Source: an uncultured Parabacteroides sp. (GTDB taxonomy: Bacteria > Bacteroidota > Bacteroidia > Bacteroidales > Tannerellaceae). Taken from it: DNA of 64,000 nucleotides. Made by a program: the position numbers and the translations under genes. Below are positions 40,596 through 48,725 of the stretch, piece after piece (the stretch's first letter is position 1; each line of letters opens with the position of its first letter). Below the pieces are notes generated by a model. That model saw only the letters and a list, made by a program, of their open reading frames with translations. It did no database searches and was not told the DNA's origin. The stretch is taken from assembly GCF_902493135.1 (NCBI RefSeq), contig NZ_CABUOD010000024.1:5585-69584 (forward strand), written 5' to 3'.

Positions 40596-41210
40596 ATGGA
40601 ACAACTACTGGAATATTTCGGAGTACTGACCGGTCTGCTCTATCTCTTTCTGGAGATAAGGCAGCATCGCGCCATGTGGGTCGTCGGCTTCCTGACTTCC
40701 CTTGTCTATGTTTTTGTCTTTTTCTTTTCAAAGATATATGCGGATATGGGATTGAACATCTATTATGTAGCCATCAGCATATACGGTTTCTGGCAATGGA
40801 CACGCCGCAGGGGCGGGCAAGAACAAACAGCGGAAGCCGTAGAAGCAGCTCCCCAGGAGGTGATCCTCTACCGCGACATGACGCCCCGTCTTTTTGCCGG
40901 GATCAGTTTTTCCATTGTCGTCCTGTTTGCGTTGCTCTATTATGCCCTGCATCATTTCACCGATTCGCCGATCCCGGCAGGCGATGCTTTTACCACTGCT
41001 GTCGGGATCGTCGCCACCTGGATGCTGGCACGCCGGATCGTCGAACACTGGATATTCTGGATCATCGTTAACTGCGTCTCCGTCTATCTTTATTGCCTGC
41101 GTGGACTTTATCCCACAATGTTTCTCTATATTTGCTACGCCATATTGGCGGCAGTCGGATTATACACATGGAAAAAGAAAGGAATAAGAACAAATGATAG
41201 CACCTTATAA
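40596..41210 (+). CDS. pnuC: PnuC family inner-membrane transporter (thiamine-type, PnuT-like by context)
   Basis: 204 aa, multi-TM, PnuC pattern (YFGVLTGLLYLFLEIRQHRAMWVVGF, GFWQW, WIFWIIVNCVSVYLY). Confidence 0.85.
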   Translation: MEQLLEYFGVLTGLLYLFLEIRQHRAMWVVGFLTSLVYVFVFFFSKIYADMGLNIYYVAISIYGFWQWTRRRGGQEQTAEAVEAAPQEVILYRDMTPRLFAGISFSIVVLFALLYYALHHFTDSPIPAGDAFTTAVGIVATWMLARRIVEHWIFWIIVNCVSVYLYCLRGLYPTMFLYICYAILAAVGLYTWKKKGIRTNDSTL

Positions 41211-41823
41211 TTGCGTAGTCGTGGCAAACGGCAGCTTTCCGCAAACAGCTTTACCGCTTCGTCTCCTGCACGAAGCCTCTGTTGTCATCGCCTGTGACGG
41301 AGCCGTCGAGGCGTTGGATAAAGCAGGCATCATTCCGACAGCGATTGTCGGCGACCTGGACAGCATCCCGCCCCGCTTCCGCCAACGCTATGCCGACCGC
41401 ATCCATATCGTGGAAGACCAGGAAATAAACGACCTGACAAAATCCGTCCGCTTCGCCCGCCGGTCCGGGCAACAGGAAGTCCTGATCTTAGGGGCTACCG
41501 GGCTGCGCGAAGACCATACGTTAGGCAATATCTCCCTGCTGATGGACTACGCCCCGCTGTTCCGCCGGGTAGAGATGCTATCGGATTATGGGATCTTCAC
41601 CCCTATCCAGCAAACGACAACACTGGACAGCGAGCCCGGAACCCAAGTGTCCCTTTTCTCCCTTGCCCCATCCGGCAGGATCTCGATATCCGGACTGCGT
41701 TGGCCCATCCACAATCGCCAGCTGACCTCTTGGTGGCAAGGCACATTAAACGAAGCGACAGGCAACAACTTCACCGTCACCCTCTCACCGGACGCCCGGA
41801 TCATAGTTTACCGCACCCTCTAA
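41194..41823 (+). CDS. Thiamine pyrophosphokinase
   Basis: 209 aa with VVANGSFP, IACDGA and VGDLDS motifs and a C-terminal thiamine-binding beta domain. It overlaps the pnuC end by 17 nt. Confidence 0.85.
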   Translation: MIAPYNCVVVANGSFPQTALPLRLLHEASVVIACDGAVEALDKAGIIPTAIVGDLDSIPPRFRQRYADRIHIVEDQEINDLTKSVRFARRSGQQEVLILGATGLREDHTLGNISLLMDYAPLFRRVEMLSDYGIFTPIQQTTTLDSEPGTQVSLFSLAPSGRISISGLRWPIHNRQLTSWWQGTLNEATGNNFTVTLSPDARIIVYRTL

Positions 41824-41885
41824 ATAATACAGTTCAATTTCGGCCGATAAATCATCATTTGTATGTTTCAAATATTCTTAGAACT

Positions 41886-41926
41886 AAAAAAGTCCCGAAG
41901 GGGATCTTGCGATCGGCCTTCGGGAC
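41886..41926 (-). terminator. Rho-independent terminator (minus strand)
   Basis: A 10-bp stem GTCCCGAAGG / CCTTCGGGAC (41892-41901 / 41917-41926). On the minus strand it is followed by TTTTTT (the A-run at 41886-41891 on the plus strand). It lies downstream of the 42006-42350 ORF. Confidence 0.65.
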
Positions 41927-42005
41927 AAAATACACCCTCAATTTTACAACTTAGTATTTATTCAAGCCTCACGGCTGTTTAATAAAAATGCGAATCAACC
42001 ACCTG

Positions 42006-42350
42006 TCACGCAGGCAACTTATTCAACTGAGAAGCTTTCCATTCGGGAAAACCATCAATACTGTCATAGATGTGGAACTGCAACTTGTCATCTGCCACCC
42101 TTTTCAACTCCGTTTTGGGAGCAAGCGGCAAACACATGTCATCCACCGCAAACAGTGCTTTTAACAAAACCACATCGTACCCCTCGCGGATTACTTCTTT
42201 CTGTAATACCACCGGCACATTCAGTCTGGCCAGATAATAAGCAGAACGTTCATACGCGCACCATGCATTACCTTCGAGATATAAGTAGACACCATGCTGG
42301 TTGTCTATCTCATTCATCAAAACATTTTCGACATCTGCTATACGTTCCAT
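42006..42350 (-). CDS. Hypothetical protein (114 aa), last gene of the DUF3575/DUF3868 unit
   Basis: An intact ORF with no competing frame, on the same strand as and ~100 nt downstream of the DUF3868 gene, and followed by a terminator. I recognise no motif. Confidence 0.55.
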   Translation of the reverse strand: MERIADVENVLMNEIDNQHGVYLYLEGNAWCAYERSAYYLARLNVPVVLQKEVIREGYDVVLLKALFAVDDMCLPLAPKTELKRVADDKLQFHIYDSIDGFPEWKASQLNKLPA

Positions 42351-42451
42351 AATCTTAATTCTTTAAAATCCTCAATCTTTTATATGCAAACTTTTACCGC
42401 AAAGATACAGGCTAACTATATATCCGCTACCATGCAAAAGTATCAATTATG

Positions 42452-43918
42452 CTACTCAAAACTATCAAACAGTTGATTATCCGCCTCTTTCTTACGTAAT
42501 TCGTCCAAATTGGCCGCTGCCCCCTTCACTCCGGCAGCTTTTGCCTGTTCCAACAACTTTCCTGCCTCATCCAGGTTTCCTTCCAGCAGATTCAACACGC
42601 CGCGGGCATGTACCGCTTCGGGACTGTTGCCAGCCTTAGCCAGATACGTACGGGCTGCCTCCAGGTCGTGTTTCGACAAGGCGATATTGGCTGCGTTCAG
42701 GTTGGCGACAGGATCATCGCCGTACATGCGGACCGCAATCTCGAACACCTCGTTATAGTCCTTGCTGCCGATCTCGTAGCTGTTGGCCACCGCGAACATT
42801 TCGCTCAAGCTCAGCTGCTGCGGACGCGTCTTGATAATCTCGCGGCCTTCCTCAACCGTAAAGAAACGCACCTGGTAAGCGACACGGTAGTCGGAACGGC
42901 GCAACGAAGGATAGATATTCTTCAACACATACCGGTAAGGAGCCCCTCCGTCCAGAGCTGCCAGCTTGGCGTCTTTCTTGTCCGGGTCGTCATTACTGTC
43001 GATGATAGCCAGCACAGCCTCCCGCGAAGGGACGCTCCGGTCGGCCTCCACTTTCGCTTTCAGGCCTTCCCAATCTTCGGAACCGTTTTCCAGCGTGAAA
43101 AGCTCCGGTTTGAAGTCATGCTTCTTCCTTATATATTCGGAAAGCGCTTTCACACGATTGCCGGCCAGGACCGTATTGGACTTGTAGCTGCCTTCGGGCG
43201 AAGCAAAACCTTTCAGGATAATGCCTTCGAGCGTGATGTTCTTATCGTTTACGACCGTACTGATCGTATTGTCGATCTTCGCCAGTTCCACCGCATTGTT
43301 ACGGAAATCCGGCAGGATCGCATATTTGCCCACCTGGAAATCCAGATAAGCAGTCCCCACCTCGGCACGATGTTTTACCGTTTCCGCTTCCGGAGAGATA
43401 TAAGCCAGGGTAGGCTGTACCTCATACCGTTTGTCGGGACGGGTCAGGACCTTGTCGGCTATCACGAGCGGCGTGCCCTGCGCCTCTTTGCCGCAACCGC
43501 ACATGTTCGGGACCAGCACGAAACGGGCGTCTTTCATCCACGCTTCAAACGGGATTACCGTCTTATAGTTGATGACGCTTTCGCTCTTTCCGGCCTGCAC
43601 GACCAGGAAGCGAGGCTCATCCTGCAAATTGTTCAACGCGATCTCGCGGTCGTACACTTTCTGGCTGATCCGCCCGTTCAGCAAGATGGAAGGCAAGCCC
43701 TCTTTCTGCGAAGCCGATTCCAAGACCGGTGTCAGGGAGAGATTCTCACGGGATTTGATCTGGCTGCCGTCGACCGTGATCACGGCATCGATCAGCAATT
43801 CGTTTCCTTTTTGCTTCAATTCGTTACAAACCACTTTTACCGGAGCCTGAGCCAGGATAGCCGGCGAAACGACAGCCAACAGAGCTGCCGCCATATATAA
43901 TTTCATTGTTTTCTTCAT
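42452..43918 (-). CDS. DUF3868-like secreted protein with an OmpA-like peptidoglycan-binding module and C-terminal TPR repeats
   Basis: 488 aa with a signal peptide, a central GFASPEGSYKSNTVLAGNRVKALSEYI (OmpA_C-like) segment, and a C-terminal helical TPR-like region (ALSKHDLEAARTYLAKAG...LLEGNLDEAGKLLEQA). It is paired with a DUF3575 gene. Confidence 0.7.
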   Translation of the reverse strand: MKKTMKLYMAAALLAVVSPAILAQAPVKVVCNELKQKGNELLIDAVITVDGSQIKSRENLSLTPVLESASQKEGLPSILLNGRISQKVYDREIALNNLQDEPRFLVVQAGKSESVINYKTVIPFEAWMKDARFVLVPNMCGCGKEAQGTPLVIADKVLTRPDKRYEVQPTLAYISPEAETVKHRAEVGTAYLDFQVGKYAILPDFRNNAVELAKIDNTISTVVNDKNITLEGIILKGFASPEGSYKSNTVLAGNRVKALSEYIRKKHDFKPELFTLENGSEDWEGLKAKVEADRSVPSREAVLAIIDSNDDPDKKDAKLAALDGGAPYRYVLKNIYPSLRRSDYRVAYQVRFFTVEEGREIIKTRPQQLSLSEMFAVANSYEIGSKDYNEVFEIAVRMYGDDPVANLNAANIALSKHDLEAARTYLAKAGNSPEAVHARGVLNLLEGNLDEAGKLLEQAKAAGVKGAAANLDELRKKEADNQLFDSFE

Positions 43919-43926
43919 AGCGCCGA

Positions 43927-44493
43927 TTATTTAATAAAGTAAATGATAGAAAGAGCAGCCTTCGTCACCCCGAAATAATCTTTCGTCTCGCTCTTCTGAA
44001 CCGTACCGCACGATGCGCACGGATATTTATCATAGTCCAGGTGCGCCCATCCGATACCGATCACCGCCTCCATGCTCCAACGATTGCTCAGCAGCCACTG
44101 GTAGCCATAGGACAGTCCGGCTCCGTAGAGGTTGCCCTGGTACCGGTAATTCTCCATATTTTTACTCAGGAACTTGATCCCGCCGACATTATAATCGGCA
44201 TAATGGGCATGCACCCCGAGAAAATGGCCGTTAAACTTCTCACATAGCCAATAACGTGCTTCCGGCTGGACCATCCAATGTTTCCAACGCATGTCGTCGC
44301 CGAACTTCCATCCGTTGTAGTTACCGGACAAGTCCAGCGTCCACTTCTTGCTCAATCCCATCTCAACACCGAGGTTGATCGTCGCAGTCGCGTCGTACAG
44401 CAAGTTTGACTTTACCGCAAACTTCTGCCCATAGACGTTCGTCATTCCGGCCAGAAGCAAAAAGAGGAAAAGTACTTTTTTCATACACTTCAT
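43927..44493 (-). CDS. DUF3575 family outer-membrane beta-barrel-like protein
   Basis: 188 aa with a signal peptide, then AVKSNLLYDATATINLGVEMGLSKKWTLDLSGNYNGWKF ... VQPEARYW ... GHFLGVH, which matches my recollection of DUF3575. Confidence 0.8.
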   Translation of the reverse strand: MKCMKKVLFLFLLLAGMTNVYGQKFAVKSNLLYDATATINLGVEMGLSKKWTLDLSGNYNGWKFGDDMRWKHWMVQPEARYWLCEKFNGHFLGVHAHYADYNVGGIKFLSKNMENYRYQGNLYGAGLSYGYQWLLSNRWSMEAVIGIGWAHLDYDKYPCASCGTVQKSETKDYFGVTKAALSIIYFIK

Positions 44494-44770
44494 TTTTAAT
44501 TATCTTTTATTTTTCTATCCTATATTAAACAACAAAGGAGATAATACAGTTTATCCCGACACAAAAATATAATAAGTCTTTACCCTACGCGGTAGGTGCA
44601 CGTTTCAAGTTTCACAGGCAAAGCTACCAAGAACAAGGCGTTTGATATAAATACCGATGAAAAAGGGGCAGGACGATAGAAATACCGATTAACACACGGA
44701 AATATTATCATGCCGATAAAATCATCCAACAGGCTTCACCATAAAAAGGATCAAGAAGACAAAAAGCAGC

Positions 44771-44835
44771 CAAAAGTTTGATGTATGATTAAAACTTTTC
44801 CGTATATTCGCAAAAGTTTGATATATGATTAAAAC
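44771..44835 (+). promoter_or_regulatory. Two 25-bp direct repeats upstream of the toxin-antitoxin pair (candidate operator)
   Basis: CAAAAGTTTGATGTATGATTAAAAC (44771-44795) and CAAAAGTTTGATATATGATTAAAAC (44811-44835) differ at one position. The second ends 15 nt before the antitoxin ATG. Confidence 0.5.
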
Positions 44836-44850
44836 GAAAGAGAGGTTTTT

Positions 44851-45102
44851 ATGAGGATTATTAGCAGTCGTGAATTTAATGACAATCAAAAGTTGTACTT
44901 TGACTTGGCAGATCAGAATGAACAAATTATTGTCCAAAGAGGAAAAGACAAGGCTTATATGCTTATCCCCATTACCGAGTCAGATAGATTGTCGACAAGT
45001 TCTGCTCTGATAAACAAGATCAGAGATGCCGAAAGAGCCATTCGCGAAGGAAATACGACAAAAATCAACGATATTGATAATATATGGGAAAGTATTCTAT
45101 AG
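44851..45102 (+). CDS. Type II antitoxin, Phd/YefM-like
   Basis: 83 aa with an N-terminus MRIISSREFNDNQKLYFDLA..IIVQRGKDKAYMLIP resembling Phd/YefM. It overlaps the downstream YoeB-like toxin gene by 19 nt. Confidence 0.7.
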   Translation: MRIISSREFNDNQKLYFDLADQNEQIIVQRGKDKAYMLIPITESDRLSTSSALINKIRDAERAIREGNTTKINDIDNIWESIL

Positions 45103-45365
45103 AAATTGAAAACGAAGCCAAGAAAGAACTTGCAGCCCATTACAAATCGGGAGACCGGAAAACGATCAAACGAATTGAGAGGATATTTAAGGAGTTAGCG
45201 GAAACGCCTTATGACGGCATAGGTTCGCCCGAACCCCTTAAATATGAACTTTCCGGATATTGGTCAAGACAAATAAATAAAAAAGACAGGCTTATCTATA
45301 GAGTAAAAGAAGAAACCATTACCATCTACATCGTCTCCGCCATAGGTCATTATGACGACAAATAG
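45084..45365 (+). CDS. Txe/YoeB family type II toxin (mRNA interferase)
   Basis: 93 aa. The segment PEPLKYELSGYWSRQINKKDRLIYRV ... GHY aligns with E. coli YoeB ([26 protein letters not shown] ... YHY). Confidence 0.88.
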   Translation: MGKYSIEIENEAKKELAAHYKSGDRKTIKRIERIFKELAETPYDGIGSPEPLKYELSGYWSRQINKKDRLIYRVKEETITIYIVSAIGHYDDK

Positions 45366-45703
45366 AAGAATTGGATACTCTCGCATCCCAAAGTGATAAT
45401 ATCAGACATACGCAATCGGGCTAAATGATAAAGGCTACAACAACAAGAACTGTAACTGAAAAAACGATAACCCTTGTTGTTGCAATATGAAGATACAATG
45501 TGTACTTCTGCTTATGCTTACAAAAAACTTTTAGAAAATAACAAACGTTGAAGGCGTAGCCCCTATTTTATAACATTTTCTAAGTATCACTACTTAACTT
45601 TCAATTAAGCTCCTGACTTTGCTTGATAAAAATTCCGACATTCCGAAACAGGATGTCGGGGAAATAGGAATTTTTGTAAAAAATAAAAACATTGACAAAG
45701 AGA

Positions 45704-45743
45704 GAGGCTTCAGTCCAAGGATACACCTTATGACTGAAGCCTC
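45704..45743. terminator. Hairpin between convergent genes (possible bidirectional terminator)
   Basis: An 11-bp stem GAGGCTTCAGT / ACTGAAGCCTC (45704-45714 / 45733-45743) with T-rich sequence on both sides. It lies between the YoeB (+) end and the 960-aa gene (-) end. Confidence 0.5.
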
Positions 45744-45799
45744 TTTACTTCTTATACTAAACTACAACTGAAAATGAGAACAATTGATCTATTTAGTGT

Positions 45800-48682
45800 T
45801 TAATAATCTTTCACACAGCGGACTGTAGAAACACTGTTTCCACTCAATGTTAACCAATTAAACTTTCCATCCCCACTCCATCTTGTCGTATACAAGTCTT
45901 TCTTATAAGTCAAGTCCGAATAAGTAACTGCTCCGATATTTCCAATATTGGCATTAGAATATCCCGCAATCAACGCCAATTCTCTCTGATTCGGAATACG
46001 ATAACCCTCCGGACAGGAAGAAGGCAGACTCCCTCTCCCACTATCTTTATTGTAAGATAGCGTACCGTTCTTCAAGTCAGAAACCACAAAACTACTATGA
46101 GGATAATTCAATGTTCCACCACTATGTTCAGCATGAAAATCAATCGAAGTATATATTTCCTTTCTTAATGCGGATGGATCCACACGTGATAAATCAATAC
46201 TTGTTACGATCTTGTCAAATCCGCGAGTTGGAATTACATAATCCAATACTTCCCCATCGGTAGGTGAAGTCGGAGCCGATTCTTCTTCGTTATTGTGAGC
46301 ATAACCTAAATTGCGGGCACAACGCACATAAAATCCATAATATTTTTCAGAACCGGTAGAAACACCTTCCTCCGCCCAAAAACGAACACCATTACTGGAT
46401 AAATAGTGATTTTCCAAACGATTATCTTTTGTACCATTACTACCATCTTTAATAGAACTTACAGAATTTTGTAACAATCGAGCTTCCGAAGGCAAAGCAT
46501 CCTGTCCGATCCATAAACCGATATATTGGTTGGTTGCAGGCAAATACCAACGAACTTCATATGGATCGATTTTTCCGTTACCATTCAAATCCCGATTACG
46601 CTGAAAACATGCATATTCTGCTGTCACTGTGCTTTTATTCGTATTCGTTTGATAATCGACATAATTATTCCAACCCAAATTCCCAGCTTCTGCCAGCCAT
46701 TGGAATGTATTATATCGTCCATTTGTTTTCGTATTCGTTTTATAAATCCATTTATAATAAGCATCAACCCATTTGCCTTTTTCCCAATGCCCTTCAACAT
46801 AATCACCTCTTTTAGGATACATACGCCCATCTTCACATTTCGTCTCGATACCCCATGCCGTAGGTAGAACACTTTCAGAAAGTTCCTTGTTATAAATGGT
46901 CTTGATCGAACGCTGATTGATCATAATATTTGATTTAGTCAAACTGCTTTGTTCGTCCAAACTGTATTTCGTATCGCACAATATATGCATCTGGCGGTTA
47001 TCGCAATTCACAAAATCTCTCCATTGAGCAGTACTGCTACTCGCCGGTTCCTTATCATAATAAAATTCATTGACGAATACAGTATAAGTGACTGTACCAT
47101 CTGCATCCCAAAAATCATTATCATTACGATGAGTATATAGATCGCGCAACAACTGCTTAATATCCCTTAGGCACCTCTGATCATCCGAGTTATTATACGA
47201 GGAATTATCCGTGTGGCTCTTAACAGATGTATAATCGGCAAAAGTCTTTACTTCTGATGGATTTTTTACAAATTCGACCCATTGATAATCATTCAGATTA
47301 TCAATCACTACCTCTCCATTCTCTTTATCAATCTTAAACTGCCCGCTTGTCGAAGTCGGTTTTTCATAAGGTGTCCTCACCATTACCGACAAATTAGAAA
47401 TTGCATCCTTTTTGAAAGTAACGGTTTTTACTTCATAGTGTGCATCCAACAACAGATTCTGGTCGGAAATAATAACATCGCCTTCGCTTCCCGGTTGTTT
47501 TTCCTCAAAATTTTTGCCATCTTCACTCGATGTTACTTCAAGAATAATATTTTGGACATCCTTGACTTTGACAGTGTAAGTATAGAACAGATTCCGTTCG
47601 CTGTTAAAATCGGAAGCAACCTTATTCACATAACCTAAATGAATTGTGTAGCGGACATCGGCACTCAATTTAATTTCTCCATTGGACTTATATTCATAAT
47701 AAGTACCTCTTAATACCACATAAGTCGAGAGCGGATCTGCATTGAAAAACGGATCTTCAGGACGACCTCCTTTGTCTTTTTTATGTTCACGCTCAGCATA
47801 GTCGTCAATCGGATTCAATGCCGCTTTACGATTCTCCAACATATAAAAAGTAAAACTACCGCCCAAATACTTTTGAGCTTCAAGATTCAGAATTTCAAAC
47901 TTCGCTTCCGGAGTCTCGAAGAAATCATCAGCTACCGTAGCGGCATCGGTAGTTTGCTCTATAATATTGCTTTTTTTCGGCACATTTACAATCTTCCAAT
48001 CACGAGGGATAAACTCTTTATTTGTCTTATCATATAATTGAATGTCAAATTTTATCTTCGAATCCAGATGCCTTAACCAGATTTTACCTGCTGTCAATGT
48101 TATTTTATCTCCTTCCGTAGTTGGTCTCGGAATAACGCATAAACCTAAGCTGGTAGTTGCAGAAGAAGAACTTTCTCCCCAATAGCCGCTCATGACAAAA
48201 CCTTTCGTAGAAGGACGCTGAATAAGATCACCATTCAACGAGGCTGCTATTTCTTTCAAATCATCAAATTCGTCAACAGCGGAATAATCGATTCCGGTGA
48301 TATTATCAGAATTGACATTGGCCAAAGCGACAATATATTTCTGTCCGGAAGTAATAGTACGAGGCCACACTACACTTCCGCTATTTCCGGAACCTTCGGT
48401 TTGTGACAGGTTATTAAAATCCGCCTGATCTTCCAAAGTCTTATCCGAACGGAAAATAAAGATATGAAGATCATTTACCTTGTTTTCCGCAACTGTTCCC
48501 ATGTCGGCTTTTGTCTCTACCTTGTCGAATGCAAAAGAAGACACATTCAAAACTACAGAGACAGGGACACCTTCGACTACATCATCTTTCTTGATCAAAT
48601 CTTCATCCTGGCAAGCCGCAAACAACAATAAACCCCAAATAAAGAAAATGGTTTGTATGCTATATCGTTTCATATTTCTCAT
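45800..48682 (-). CDS. Large type V pilus tip/adhesin-like lipoprotein with two C-terminal DUF1566/FISUMP (lectin-like) modules
   Basis: 960 aa with a lipobox (LLLFAAC) and a pilin-like N-terminal strand plus VETKAD processing-type site. The C-terminus has RWYLPATNQYIGLW...YVRCARN and CPEGYRIPNQRELALI...VRCVKDY. DLNGNGKIDPYE is a Ca-binding-loop-like segment. Confidence 0.7.
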   Translation of the reverse strand: MRNMKRYSIQTIFFIWGLLLFAACQDEDLIKKDDVVEGVPVSVVLNVSSFAFDKVETKADMGTVAENKVNDLHIFIFRSDKTLEDQADFNNLSQTEGSGNSGSVVWPRTITSGQKYIVALANVNSDNITGIDYSAVDEFDDLKEIAASLNGDLIQRPSTKGFVMSGYWGESSSSATTSLGLCVIPRPTTEGDKITLTAGKIWLRHLDSKIKFDIQLYDKTNKEFIPRDWKIVNVPKKSNIIEQTTDAATVADDFFETPEAKFEILNLEAQKYLGGSFTFYMLENRKAALNPIDDYAEREHKKDKGGRPEDPFFNADPLSTYVVLRGTYYEYKSNGEIKLSADVRYTIHLGYVNKVASDFNSERNLFYTYTVKVKDVQNIILEVTSSEDGKNFEEKQPGSEGDVIISDQNLLLDAHYEVKTVTFKKDAISNLSVMVRTPYEKPTSTSGQFKIDKENGEVVIDNLNDYQWVEFVKNPSEVKTFADYTSVKSHTDNSSYNNSDDQRCLRDIKQLLRDLYTHRNDNDFWDADGTVTYTVFVNEFYYDKEPASSSTAQWRDFVNCDNRQMHILCDTKYSLDEQSSLTKSNIMINQRSIKTIYNKELSESVLPTAWGIETKCEDGRMYPKRGDYVEGHWEKGKWVDAYYKWIYKTNTKTNGRYNTFQWLAEAGNLGWNNYVDYQTNTNKSTVTAEYACFQRNRDLNGNGKIDPYEVRWYLPATNQYIGLWIGQDALPSEARLLQNSVSSIKDGSNGTKDNRLENHYLSSNGVRFWAEEGVSTGSEKYYGFYVRCARNLGYAHNNEEESAPTSPTDGEVLDYVIPTRGFDKIVTSIDLSRVDPSALRKEIYTSIDFHAEHSGGTLNYPHSSFVVSDLKNGTLSYNKDSGRGSLPSSCPEGYRIPNQRELALIAGYSNANIGNIGAVTYSDLTYKKDLYTTRWSGDGKFNWLTLSGNSVSTVRCVKDY

Positions 48683-48725
48683 TTTTTTAATTCACATTCA
48701 TTCTTGAAATTACATCTCTATACGC

